Source: a virus (lineage: Duplodnaviria > Caudoviricetes). From it: a stretch of 64,000 nt of DNA. The translations under genes and the position numbers were made by a program. Under the pieces are notes generated by a model that had not been told where the DNA came from, did not search any database, and saw only the letters and a program-made list of their open reading frames with translations. This document shows positions 49,387-59,690 of the stretch, one piece after another (positions within the stretch are counted from its first letter, which is position 1; every line of letters begins with the position of its first letter). The stretch covers positions 64,001-128,000 of IMG/VR virus record IMGVR_UViG_3300031466_000001; one strand, given 5' to 3'.

Positions 49387-51060
49387 TTATAGATCGTCGT
49401 CATTATCGTTGATATTTATCCAGACCCTGAGATAACCATTGTCATACTCAGTTCTCTTTATCGACGACATTCTGACAACTTCTCTTAAATTTCTTTCTTG
49501 GTCAAAGAGTTCTTGAATCGTTTCACATTTCTCAAACGGGTCCACGTAAAGAATATCTTTGTTCTGCTCTTTGTGTTTCTTAGACATCTCTTTCTGGAAA
49601 TCGAAAATACCATCCTCAGGTTCATGAGCTCCATCAAAATACAACCCTTCGGTTTTACAGAAAGGCGTGATGATACCAGATGAACCTGGGTCGCTTGTTC
49701 CACAGACGTTGATATCCAATCTTCCCAAATATGATGGGTGGATACCTCTATATTTCATCGGAATATTGTTTTCGTTTTTATTACCAAGAGAGTTTGGACC
49801 TTTCAAGGTAAATCTAAGTTTTGCAAAGAAGTCCATATCATTAATGCGATCATCATACCGAAGCAATCCGGATATATGGAGTTGATCCATCAAAATATTT
49901 CCGGAAAACTTCAAGATTTCTTTTACTTTATCCAGAGTAACTCTGCTACCAGCAGCGATTACCCGATTCATTCTTTCATTAAAAGCTTTTGTCAGCAGAG
50001 ATACAATATATTCATTGCACCTCAAACGTTTATTTGTCAAATCCATGTTATCCTTTTTACGAAGTTCGTTGTAATTTTGGACCATCCAGCGAAGGATGGA
50101 ATAGATGGATTTTTTATTCGAATCGTTGATCTTAAGAATATCTTTCGTCGTTTCATCAAGCATACGCTCAATGAATTTCAGTGTATTTAATCCTTTTTCC
50201 ATGTAGTTATATGAATTGGTAGCGTGCATACTTCCAATCCATTCAATCCAGTAGTTTCTATTATCAAGGTCCTCATAATTCAAACGATTTGTAACAAATC
50301 GCAGAATCATGGACACTATTGATTGCACATATTGATACTTTAGAAAGAAATAACGGTTTACTTCCAAAAATAGTTTATTTTTTATCTTGAAATAGATGTT
50401 ATTCTCTTTATCCCCTTCTTCTTCAACGAATCTAACCACTTTATCAACGCTGAAGAATTTAAGGGTTTTGGTAACACCCATTTTCGCAAAATAAATCAGT
50501 AAAAGGTCTATCTCTTTCCTAAAGATAAGCAAATATGTGGGGGCAGTATAAAAATTACCGTCGGTATCCTCAAACTCCCCTTTAACACGTTTAAGAACTA
50601 CTGGAACCAGAGATTTAAGTGTCAAATTCTGGCGAGTTGTATAGGTAGAAGAATCTACCAATTGATAGAGCAAAAGATATTTCTTACCTTTGATTGTATA
50701 GTAGCCATTTTCGTCAGCTACTGGGATAAGAAGCTTCTTAGTTACGATCGCTTCCTCACCCTTACATTCCAGCTTGAACTTGAGACGAAGCTCCATGTAT
50801 CTGCTATCTTGCATGTACATGTAGCGCGTATCGGATTTCTTTCTGGATTTTTTACGGGTAGTCATATATTCATTGAGATCAATCTCTTTCTCATCCTCAA
50901 TGAATGTATAACCGAGAAATTTAATATATTCAAGGACCTCCAATGATTTACATGCGTTTACAATTAGTTTAATGAGGTCCTCATCGTATTCGCGGGTAAT
51001 GAGACCGTAGTTAATTCGTTTTTCATTTTCGTTTTCATAATTCGCTATGAAATCTCTCAT
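49387..51060 (-). CDS. multisubunit RNA polymerase beta N-terminal subunit (probably non-virion RNAP)
   Basis: GYYTIKG....QL, KGP, RGIHPSYLGRLD....SDPG (beta Rif-region-like); early motif 51122-51131. Confidence 0.88.
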   Translation of the reverse strand: MRDFIANYENENEKRINYGLITREYDEDLIKLIVNACKSLEVLEYIKFLGYTFIEDEKEIDLNEYMTTRKKSRKKSDTRYMYMQDSRYMELRLKFKLECKGEEAIVTKKLLIPVADENGYYTIKGKKYLLLYQLVDSSTYTTRQNLTLKSLVPVVLKRVKGEFEDTDGNFYTAPTYLLIFRKEIDLLLIYFAKMGVTKTLKFFSVDKVVRFVEEEGDKENNIYFKIKNKLFLEVNRYFFLKYQYVQSIVSMILRFVTNRLNYEDLDNRNYWIEWIGSMHATNSYNYMEKGLNTLKFIERMLDETTKDILKINDSNKKSIYSILRWMVQNYNELRKKDNMDLTNKRLRCNEYIVSLLTKAFNERMNRVIAAGSRVTLDKVKEILKFSGNILMDQLHISGLLRYDDRINDMDFFAKLRFTLKGPNSLGNKNENNIPMKYRGIHPSYLGRLDINVCGTSDPGSSGIITPFCKTEGLYFDGAHEPEDGIFDFQKEMSKKHKEQNKDILYVDPFEKCETIQELFDQERNLREVVRMSSIKRTEYDNGYLRVWININDNDDDL

Positions 51061-51171
51061 CCCAACTTTGACCTCCCAACATCAGTTTTCCCATATCATC
51101 TATTGTAATGTAAGCTAATAAATAATATATAATTTATCACCTCCTCTCTTTTCCAAAAAATCATTTATTTT

Positions 51172-51444
51172 TTAAACCCCTACATTTTCTTCATTGTTTG
51201 TCTGCTTCTCTGATGTATAATTTGCCGTTAACAGATTTTTGAGCCGTGGATCATCTTTTTCGAAAAGTTTCACTATATATCCAGCCACTTCCCTTATGGG
51301 AATAGCCGTGAGTCTATCCTTGTCAACGAATTCCTTAATGGCATCATCTTCATTTATACCCACTCTAAGCCCGACATATTCCAGCCTAGAATAGTCATTA
51401 GTTTCAGCAAGAATCAAAAATACATCCATTTGATTATTATTCAT
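51172..51444 (-). CDS. hypothetical protein
   Basis: 90-aa ORF with GGAGG RBS. Confidence 0.7.
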   Translation of the reverse strand: MNNNQMDVFLILAETNDYSRLEYVGLRVGINEDDAIKEFVDKDRLTAIPIREVAGYIVKLFEKDDPRLKNLLTANYTSEKQTNNEENVGV

Positions 51445-51568
51445 TGTAAATCCCCTCCCATATTCTTTTAAACAAAAAATTTATTCATTTTAATCAAAAA
51501 GAAATCTTTTTGATTAAAATGAAGGTCCGATGGTGATCTTAATGACCACCATCGGACTTGCGGCCGAA

Positions 51569-51925
51569 TTATTCTTCGGTTTCGTTGTCGTCTTTGACGA
51601 TGAGTTTGAATTCCGGTCCCGGAGTAGCAATCGGGACATAATTGCCTTCTTTTTCTGCGTCTTCAGAGCCGCTCCGATGGCTTACACCGATATCAAGCAG
51701 TCCCATCAGATTGAGGATGTAATCGGTGTCCGGAGCTTTCCGTTCGTTGACGAAGTTGATGGCGCAGAGCAGGAACGCGCGGGCAATCGTCGGAATCCCT
51801 ACAGCATGGGTAATATCAACGCCGTGTTGCTCAAGCAGAAGCTTTTGAGCACGTTCAGCAATCTTCATGATTTCCTTTTCGTTTTCACCAATTTCCACCG
51901 GAGTAAAGCTAGTTTTGTTTCCCAT
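51569..51925 (-). CDS. small abundant protein, possibly divergent HU/IHF-like DNA-binding protein
   Basis: GGAGG RBS, strong codon bias; helix-helix-L.L.GL...V...VP...PG..FK pattern; function inferred. Confidence 0.4.
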   Translation of the reverse strand: MGNKTSFTPVEIGENEKEIMKIAERAQKLLLEQHGVDITHAVGIPTIARAFLLCAINFVNERKAPDTDYILNLMGLLDIGVSHRSGSEDAEKEGNYVPIATPGPEFKLIVKDDNETEE

Positions 51926-52018
51926 GATTTTTTACCTCCTGAAATTTAGATTCATTAATATGTTAGTAGGTTGATAATAATTTACCAACCTAAACCAACC
52001 AAAGGTTAGTTATTGATT

Positions 52019-52301
52019 TTACTCAGCAAGTTCCATTATATTTCCAATTTGCACGTCTTCGGGGAGAGATGAAACGACATCAGAGATTGTCATTTTTTTT
52101 CCATCTTCCCTTAATTCAATTACAATTTTTCCGACATCTTTGCCGGTTTTTTGATTTATTATATTTTTGAAGAATTCATACACAACACTTGGAAGAACAC
52201 CTTATGGGACATAAAACTTCTCTTCTCCCAATTAATTTTGCCCTGATAACTTTCAGAAGATCATATTCTCCCGAAAGAAGGCCGATTTTCTTACGTCTCA
52301 T
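52019..52301 (-). pseudogene. frameshifted small gene (or sequencing error)
   Basis: AGGTGA-ATG start; removing one base near 52202 restores a 93-aa ORF MRRKKIG...LCPIGVLPS...MELAE. Confidence 0.5.
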
Positions 52302-52306
52302 GTTAA

Positions 52307-54415
52307 TCACCTTTTATAATCAAATTTTTTATATGCTTCATCGATTGTGATTACCGGTATATTGTGTTTCCTAGCTTTTTCAATTTTTGAACTTAATACA
52401 TTTGGTGCAGTTATCAACAAATCGATATTTTTGTTAAAAGTTTCCGTCACTCCAATATCCTTAGATTTGAGATAATTTTCAAAATCTTTGTCTCTTACTT
52501 TCGTAAAGCAAACGATCATTTTATAATCCTTTGCTTCTTCCCGTTTTACTTCAAGAACGGAACATAGAAATCTGATCAAATCTATATTGATCCTAATACC
52601 CTGAATGACTTTTTCCGCTGTCTTTTTCTGTATCCCTCCGATCTTCAGCAATTTTTCATAGTTGTTTTTAGTAGCTATGTCTAGCAGTTCGGTAAGATAA
52701 TATATATTCAAAATATTTTTAAAAATTCTCCTACCGATGCCAGGGATACCAATTGAGCCGAGCAATTCATAATCATAAACTTTCTTCCTGGAATTGATTC
52801 CTTTAATCATCTTTCGTACTGACTTTTCACCAAATCCAGGAAGTTGAGATATGATGTATTCGTGATTTTCAAGCTTATACAAATCCTCAATGCTATTGAG
52901 GAATTTATATTTGTAGAGGGTAGTTATGGTTCCCACTGAAATTTCGGGAATCTTCATTTTTTCTACATAGTTCACAATCTTTCCAATTTTCCTACAATCA
53001 CAATCAAGATTTACACAACGAAGAACCGGGTCCCTAACCAACGGTTGATTACAATATACACAGTGCGTTGGGGTTGTAAATTTCTTACCTGACCCCTTAC
53101 GACACGTTTCATCTTTCTCCAGATATGGGACGATATTATATTTAATAATAACCTCGTCACCTTCTCTAAGATCAAGACTTTCGAAAATGTCGATAGAACC
53201 GAGGGACGGACTATCAATTGTATTGCCATTGAGTTTTACCGGTTCCACAATTGCTACAGGTGTCACAGTTCCAAATACACCGACAGAGAATTCGACATTT
53301 TTCAATACCGTTTTCTTCTGTTCCGGCGGGAACTTGTAAGCCACTTCAAATTTATTTATCTTACCGTCTTCCCTACCAAGGGATTCTTGAACCATGGGAT
53401 TGGTGAGACGAATGACAACCCCATCTATATCAATACCGAATCTTTTCTCTACTTCATCTCGTATATTTTCAATTTTCTCTTTGATGTCGTCCAAATCACG
53501 CAAATTGGCCGTTGCTGAAGGATAGTCATCCAAAGTTGATTTAGGTATTTTTATTTCTTTGGTTTCATAATTTTGAACTTGCAACGGGATGATTGTAATA
53601 TACGGGAGATACTTTCTATCAAGATCTTTCGTTCTGAAAATTGAACTTACCGCAATTCTCGGATTATTAACATGGCCGAAATCTTTACAGAACTTCTCAT
53701 AATTATCTCGGCTCATGACTGTTTCGGTCTTGATACCAATCTCATAATATTTAAACTCTTCAATGAAATCAAAGCTTGTACCTTTAAACATCTTAGTCAG
53801 GTCAACAGCCTCATTTGAATCTGTATCTCCTCGACTCAAAGCTCTCTCCACAGTATGAGTTACATCCGTTTCAAATACGATAGAAATACCATCCCATTTA
53901 GGGGTTATCAAAACCTCCAGCTCATTTTCTCTGAGACTTCTCCCAAGACGATTCTCACACGATTTGATCCATTCCTCAAGAGATTTCCTTACTTCCTTCT
54001 TGTTTTTAGGTTTATCACTATTCTTGATAAAATGAATTTTATCTAAAGTTCCTCTCAGATCAGGATATTTGTGAAATCCTGTCGGTATATCTTTAACACC
54101 CACAGATGCACCAACGATTTCATTACCGTTAATGCTTCTATGGACTTCATATAATATGTCATACTCCTCATCAGGAACCGGCGATTCAATATTGCCATTG
54201 TTATAAATTTCCTGGAGGATATTAATAATCAGCTCTATTATCTCTTTATCGTCTTCGTCATAATTTTCAACTGCATTACTATAATAATTTACCAAGCTCC
54301 TAATTTTAGTCAAATTTTTCAATCTGTCTACAACTATATCGAAATCTCCTACAGTTCTGAGATTATTAAGATAAGCAACAAGTTCAGATTTTATGTTGAT
54401 TTTGTCAATCATCAC
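52307..54415 (-). CDS. ligA: NAD-dependent DNA ligase
   Basis: KWDG adenylation motif, SRGD, IDGVV, AYKF, OB fold, Cys4 zinc finger, HhH, C-terminal BRCT. Confidence 0.93.
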   Translation of the reverse strand: MMIDKINIKSELVAYLNNLRTVGDFDIVVDRLKNLTKIRSLVNYYSNAVENYDEDDKEIIELIINILQEIYNNGNIESPVPDEEYDILYEVHRSINGNEIVGASVGVKDIPTGFHKYPDLRGTLDKIHFIKNSDKPKNKKEVRKSLEEWIKSCENRLGRSLRENELEVLITPKWDGISIVFETDVTHTVERALSRGDTDSNEAVDLTKMFKGTSFDFIEEFKYYEIGIKTETVMSRDNYEKFCKDFGHVNNPRIAVSSIFRTKDLDRKYLPYITIIPLQVQNYETKEIKIPKSTLDDYPSATANLRDLDDIKEKIENIRDEVEKRFGIDIDGVVIRLTNPMVQESLGREDGKINKFEVAYKFPPEQKKTVLKNVEFSVGVFGTVTPVAIVEPVKLNGNTIDSPSLGSIDIFESLDLREGDEVIIKYNIVPYLEKDETCRKGSGKKFTTPTHCVYCNQPLVRDPVLRCVNLDCDCRKIGKIVNYVEKMKIPEISVGTITTLYKYKFLNSIEDLYKLENHEYIISQLPGFGEKSVRKMIKGINSRKKVYDYELLGSIGIPGIGRRIFKNILNIYYLTELLDIATKNNYEKLLKIGGIQKKTAEKVIQGIRINIDLIRFLCSVLEVKREEAKDYKMIVCFTKVRDKDFENYLKSKDIGVTETFNKNIDLLITAPNVLSSKIEKARKHNIPVITIDEAYKKFDYKR

Positions 54416-54542
54416 ACATATTCCTCCTATCTTTATCCGTTAATTGTCTGTTTTCTTACACATCATATTCTACTTCACAAATTAATAATATATAAACAAA
54501 AAAAACAGGCTGGGAACATTTATCCCCCAGCCTGTTTTAAAC

Positions 54543-55361
54543 TCACCGAATTTGGCTGAGCTTATTTCCGAATCCCGAAATAACATCACCGAAACTCGGA
54601 AACGCGAAAACTCCCGGTTTGGCGTTATCATCTTGAACGGGATTGGAAGAATCATTGTCGCTGATTGAAACGACCTTACCTTGGGATACCATGAAGACCT
54701 TATCGTCATCGGTCCCCCTGGTTTTCTCCCCTTGAGCTGCCGCTTCTTGAGCCTTATTTTTGTCGGCTTTCTCAGACTCAAGACGGATGGCCGCAACCAT
54801 ATCCATGATTTCAAGAACATATTTGTCCTCGCTGACAAACTTGTGGACCACATTTTTCAGCAGTTCACGAAGCTTGTCATTCATGTGCGGCGCGATCTGT
54901 TCATCCTCCGAGATGGCCGTCCAGATCAGTGAACTGATGAGCTGTCGCCAATCCTCTTGAGTGAAATTTGCAGTATCCTTGTTGTTGGCAACAATCTGTT
55001 CTACTGCTTTATGCATGAACGATTGTGCCTTTTCATAGAAGTACCTGCGCGCATTCGTGTCGTCGATCGGAATCTCCTCAATATTGAGGAGATTATTGAC
55101 CCAGTCCTGACTGGGGTCCTCATAGGTTACCGGAAAACTCAGCCTATTCAGTTTTGCGACATCTTCAGCAAGCTCCTCCTGTGCAACCATTGTCTTGATG
55201 TCGACGCGCAAGACCCCGTCACTTTCATCGGGCGAGGATGTCGCTCCTTCAGTGACAACATAGGTCGACCCGTTCGCCACAGTGTCGAACGTCGGACCGT
55301 CCTTTCCCGTCTTTTTGGTCGATTTGTTGGTCGCCTTGGGGAAAGTATCTTTTTTAGCCAT
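54543..55361 (-). CDS. ParA-partner protein (putative centromere-binding adaptor)
   Basis: overlaps the parA stop; flexible basic N-terminus; GC-richer codons. Confidence 0.55.
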   Translation of the reverse strand: MAKKDTFPKATNKSTKKTGKDGPTFDTVANGSTYVVTEGATSSPDESDGVLRVDIKTMVAQEELAEDVAKLNRLSFPVTYEDPSQDWVNNLLNIEEIPIDDTNARRYFYEKAQSFMHKAVEQIVANNKDTANFTQEDWRQLISSLIWTAISEDEQIAPHMNDKLRELLKNVVHKFVSEDKYVLEIMDMVAAIRLESEKADKNKAQEAAAQGEKTRGTDDDKVFMVSQGKVVSISDNDSSNPVQDDNAKPGVFAFPSFGDVISGFGNKLSQIR

Positions 55362-56148
55362 ATTTTAAAACCTCCCAAATTTCTTGATATAAATCAAAGT
55401 ATTTTCTTGAAGTTGGATGGTCCGGATCATGTAACGTAGAGGGTAATCCACCATACGCTACAGATGAAGCGAACCGTATAGATTTAGGGATAACCGTTTC
55501 AAACAGAGTTATTCCGGCTCCTTGGCAGAACTGTCTACATTTTGCAAGAATATCACTGTGAAGAACAGTCTTGGTGTCAACTATGGTAGCAATAACTCCA
55601 CCAACTTCCGCTTTGGCACCATGGTCCTGCTTGAATTCCGAAATAGCAGACAAAATCTTAACCAGCGAACGCATAGAATACGTCTCTGGTTGAAATGGTA
55701 TGAACAACTTGTCGACAAATTTGATAATGTTTCCCTGCATCAATCCGAAATGTGCTGGGGAATCCACAAGAACGAAATCATAGTTCTTGGCAATACTGGA
55801 TAATGACTCACGCATTAGATCAAACGGTTTGGGGAATTCTACGAAATTCCCTATAACCTTGAAGTCCAAACTTTCCAAACGATCATTTGCCGGAATAATG
55901 TCAATGTTTTTCGTCAGTTTAATTACGGCTTTCTCTGCGGGTATTTTCCCAGTCAAAACTTCAAACAACGTGTTTTTAACATTGTCAGGATTTTTTCCGA
56001 ACGAGAGTAAGCAATCACCTTGCGCATCAGTATCAACGATGAGGACTTTATATTTTCGGGAAAGAACTCCTGCAACATTTACCGTCAACGACGTTTTAAG
56101 TACTCCACCTTTGCGCGTAGAAAAAGCTATGACAAAAGTATTCTTCAC
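55354..56148 (-). CDS. parA: ParA/Soj family partition ATPase
   Basis: deviant Walker A KGGVLKTS, VDTDAQG, DFVLVDSP. Confidence 0.9.
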   Translation of the reverse strand: MKNTFVIAFSTRKGGVLKTSLTVNVAGVLSRKYKVLIVDTDAQGDCLLSFGKNPDNVKNTLFEVLTGKIPAEKAVIKLTKNIDIIPANDRLESLDFKVIGNFVEFPKPFDLMRESLSSIAKNYDFVLVDSPAHFGLMQGNIIKFVDKLFIPFQPETYSMRSLVKILSAISEFKQDHGAKAEVGGVIATIVDTKTVLHSDILAKCRQFCQGAGITLFETVIPKSIRFASSVAYGGLPSTLHDPDHPTSRKYFDLYQEIWEVLKYG

Positions 56149-56299
56149 GACTTATTCCTCCTACGACACAGGAATAATATATAAACAAAAACTGAGTGGG
56201 TCTTATTCCTGCTTCCTATCCCACTCACTTTTATAATATATAGATAAACGCATTAAAAAAACGATAAATACCTAGTGTTAAACACTAGGTATTTATCGT

Positions 56300-57250
56300 T
56301 TAAATTTCATTCAATGCTCTGATAATATCTCTAGCTCTTTGTTCATATGTATGTTTTTCATAAACCAATTTTTGTCCTTCCAAAGCAATCTTTTTCCGCT
56401 TATCTTCATTGTAGAGATAGTAATTAATGAGTTCATATGTTTCTTCCACACTAGACGAAGCAACAAGATGCTTATGGTTGACAAACATGGATTCTATGGC
56501 TTTAGTTCTGGATGTAAGGAAAAATCCACCGCATCCCAGAACTTCAAATGTTCTCATTGATTGCATAGTCGTAGAATCTACTACGGAATGCACTCCGAGA
56601 ACAAACTTGACATTCGAGTATGCGTGGAGGGTTTCTTCCATAGGCATGTATCCTTTATAAACCTCATTAGGTACATGATACCTAAATTGAGGATTGACCC
56701 ATTCAGGCCCTCCGTAAATCTCAATGTTTCGTCCAAGATTAATAAACGGTTGAATAATAATTTGATAAGCTTCATATCTCGTATCGTAATAATTATAGTT
56801 ATTGCCAATGAAAATAGCGTCGAGATCTTTATACTTAGGATTGCTACCCTTGTTGTTATGAACACTGGGATCAATAGCAAAAGGTACACAAATTGCTTTA
56901 ATCCCATTTTGCTCATATTTTGGGATTGCCTCAATACAAGGAGTTGCAACAAGTACAGATCTCTTACCCCAGTCTTGAGAAAGAGTATCGATCCATACAG
57001 GATCTTCAATACCCCAATAAATCATTTTCAAACCAAACTCTTCAACTACAGGAAATACCCATCTATCGGCGTTGATTCCGCCCTCCATGAGAACGTAATC
57101 AGGTTTAAATTCATCCAATTTTTTCTTAAATCCTTCGATAGTAGCTTCTTCAGGGAATAATAACATTTCAGTTTCCCAACCGTTTTTCTCAAAGCCAATC
57201 TTCAAACCATATTTGATAATTGGCGCAGAGTTAAGGAATAAAATTTTCAT
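56300..57250 (-). CDS. CgeB-like glycosyltransferase (spore maturation protein family)
   Basis: YWGIEDP, FIGNNY, SMRTFEVLGCGGFFLT, HTYEQR; late promoter AACA-TTTTTT-TA 57283-57294. Confidence 0.85.
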   Translation of the reverse strand: MKILFLNSAPIIKYGLKIGFEKNGWETEMLLFPEEATIEGFKKKLDEFKPDYVLMEGGINADRWVFPVVEEFGLKMIYWGIEDPVWIDTLSQDWGKRSVLVATPCIEAIPKYEQNGIKAICVPFAIDPSVHNNKGSNPKYKDLDAIFIGNNYNYYDTRYEAYQIIIQPFINLGRNIEIYGGPEWVNPQFRYHVPNEVYKGYMPMEETLHAYSNVKFVLGVHSVVDSTTMQSMRTFEVLGCGGFFLTSRTKAIESMFVNHKHLVASSSVEETYELINYYLYNEDKRKKIALEGQKLVYEKHTYEQRARDIIRALNEI

Positions 57251-57357
57251 TCCGTACACTCCTTATTGAAGGTATTTCTAATTAAAAAAATGTTCTCTAT
57301 GTTACTAAAAATTAGTCAATAGACAAAAAAAATAAAAGAGGGTATTTTATACCCTCT

Positions 57358-59634
57358 TTAAACATCAATTTCAACTACCAACATTTTTTCACGTCTCTTT
57401 GCCAGCTCGATTTCCCGCTGAATCTTTTCTTCAACTTCTTCAGGTGTACCGACGAGAATGATGTCGCCTTGAAATTTCTTTCGGACATCAATTTCTAGCT
57501 TAATGTCATTGAATTCTCTTTCTGTGCAAATGAACAGTCTACCATCGTATTCGTAATCCTTGATCAGGTCAGTATCGATCTTGACAACATACTTATCTTC
57601 TTCGAATTCAATTTTCAATCCTAAAAAGAGAAGATATGCGTTCAAGATCTCAACGTTCCTGTTTATGAAATCATTTCGATCGTTGAATTTCTTCATCTCT
57701 TTGAGATTGGTCATAAGTTCTTCACCAAGATCCCTACGACCAAGTACAGATGATCTGTAGAAGAGATGAAGTTTTGCAATAATATTTGTATCTACACCGA
57801 TGGCACTGTTTATATTTTCTTGGTCGCCAATTCTGATAGGTGTTTTACTATAAAGCTCTTGGTGAGTTTTAGCTTTATTCGTTTTCTCAGGAAGACCTTT
57901 TCTTGATAAACCTCCAGTAGACCGTACACTAAGGCCCTTTTTCGAAGTTTGTTTCAGTTTGAGAATATACATGTCGCCTACAATCAGTGGCTTAAGAATT
58001 TTTATGGTTCGACCAAATTTATTGACATACACGTTATAGGGTTTTATCCAATCGAACTCTTTATAAATCTTCCTAAGTCTATCAAACAACGGCTCAGTTT
58101 CCCATAATGGAGGGACATGGATATAAATTCCCTCTTTGATAATATTATCAAAGAACGTTTCCCTGGACTTTTTGTTGAGAGATTTAATATATTTGGAAAG
58201 TTTCTCAGCTTGCCGTTCATTGAAATGCTGGACAATTCTCACGAGAAGATCTTCTTTTTCATCCAAAGAACTCAATGTAGCCAGTTTTTCCCGAACCCGG
58301 TTACAAATAAACGTTATCGACTGTTCATAAAGCTGCATGGAATTCAACCGGTTAATAACCCCAAGGCTATTGAAAATGACATCGATCCGTTCTCCAGTTT
58401 CGAGGAATGGCATTTCTTCATCTGGTACAATTACCGATACAACACCTTTATTACCATGTCGTCCAGTAATTTTTTGACCAGCACTGAGAGAGATATTTCT
58501 CTCAATCGTGAATTCAATGATCATGTTACTGAATACGGAATTATCTTCTTCTCTCCACTTATAATTTTCGTCAAGATAGTTCTTTGCTCGTTTGTAATAA
58601 TAGTTAATGTCTGATGAATAGTTAGAACCTGATTCAATGATTTTCTTACAACGGAGATAGATCTTTCGATAGAAGTTCTCCTGAAGCTCCAAGTATTTGA
58701 TAAATTGAGAATTGAAGCTATTTCTCTCAATCTTATCGAGAGGTTTATTGCAATAGATATTTATATCTACTACTCGCCCCTCGCAGAAATAAAGAGTATC
58801 GGAAGAATAATTGATCTTTCTGAGATTGGATTTTTTCAAATCGTAAAGCAATTGAGAATTGTGAATTCTTCTTTTTGCACAAACGATCCTATCGACGACA
58901 AACTCATTGATATCCGGAAAGCACTTATATGTTTCGGAGTCGCCATAAATGTTCGGAAGTATGTCATTATCGTTTACCGAAACCTTTACGGTTTCAATCT
59001 CTTTGGACAACATTTCATTCGCCAGAGATTGAGATACCTTAACAGCATCTTCAATGGTATAGTTGTCCAACAGATAAACGAATTTTACGTTCTTACCATA
59101 ACAATAGTTCATATTGTCATCATACGACGTTGTCTTATAGAGAACTTCTCCCTTTTTGACAACGTCGCCAACTTTTTTCGAATCGATAACATCGGTGTTA
59201 TATGAATAGCCGAATTTCTCGGTCAAATCTTCAACAACACGTTTTTCAATGATGTCGTACATATCCTTCTCTTTGTCATAGACAAACAAGAAGTAAATAT
59301 GATCATCATTGACACCATCTTCATACTTGGAAACCTTATCGATGATTTCCAAATCGGATTTGGCTTTATAATAGCCAGTAGAATTCTTACCAACAATATT
59401 TTCATAGTTGGTGAACACAAACGGGAAATCCGGATTAACGAGATTCACAGCCTGACGAAGATGGCTTGTAAACATAATATTTCTGGCCGAACTGATATAT
59501 CCAGGATTGGTAAGCAATGTTGCTCCGAATATATCGTCTTTAAAACTGAATTCTTTTTCTTTCTCAGCCAATGCCTCTCTAAGACTTAAAGTTTCTGAGG
59601 GTGCCTCTCTTCTACCTTGAGCCATTCCAACCAT
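57358..59634 (-). CDS. multisubunit RNA polymerase beta C-terminal subunit (probably non-virion RNAP)
   Basis: R..M...H.RQAV, YTIEDA, GQKITGRHGNKGVV, NSLGVINR, YILKLKQ, RIGDQE; early motif 59663-59672; start may be ATG 59625. Confidence 0.92.
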   Translation of the reverse strand: MVGMAQGRREAPSETLSLREALAEKEKEFSFKDDIFGATLLTNPGYISSARNIMFTSHLRQAVNLVNPDFPFVFTNYENIVGKNSTGYYKAKSDLEIIDKVSKYEDGVNDDHIYFLFVYDKEKDMYDIIEKRVVEDLTEKFGYSYNTDVIDSKKVGDVVKKGEVLYKTTSYDDNMNYCYGKNVKFVYLLDNYTIEDAVKVSQSLANEMLSKEIETVKVSVNDNDILPNIYGDSETYKCFPDINEFVVDRIVCAKRRIHNSQLLYDLKKSNLRKINYSSDTLYFCEGRVVDINIYCNKPLDKIERNSFNSQFIKYLELQENFYRKIYLRCKKIIESGSNYSSDINYYYKRAKNYLDENYKWREEDNSVFSNMIIEFTIERNISLSAGQKITGRHGNKGVVSVIVPDEEMPFLETGERIDVIFNSLGVINRLNSMQLYEQSITFICNRVREKLATLSSLDEKEDLLVRIVQHFNERQAEKLSKYIKSLNKKSRETFFDNIIKEGIYIHVPPLWETEPLFDRLRKIYKEFDWIKPYNVYVNKFGRTIKILKPLIVGDMYILKLKQTSKKGLSVRSTGGLSRKGLPEKTNKAKTHQELYSKTPIRIGDQENINSAIGVDTNIIAKLHLFYRSSVLGRRDLGEELMTNLKEMKKFNDRNDFINRNVEILNAYLLFLGLKIEFEEDKYVVKIDTDLIKDYEYDGRLFICTEREFNDIKLEIDVRKKFQGDIILVGTPEEVEEKIQREIELAKRREKMLVVEIDV

Positions 59635-59690
59635 CCCTTCTTTTTTCTTTCTATACCTATTTATAATATATAAAATAAAGAAGCGATGGT

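Noticed and set aside
13595-59634. Group I introns or inteins in RNAP, polymerase, terminase or helicase genes (as in AR9)
   Set aside because: All are continuous ORFs of expected size, with no homing-endonuclease or splice motifs seen.
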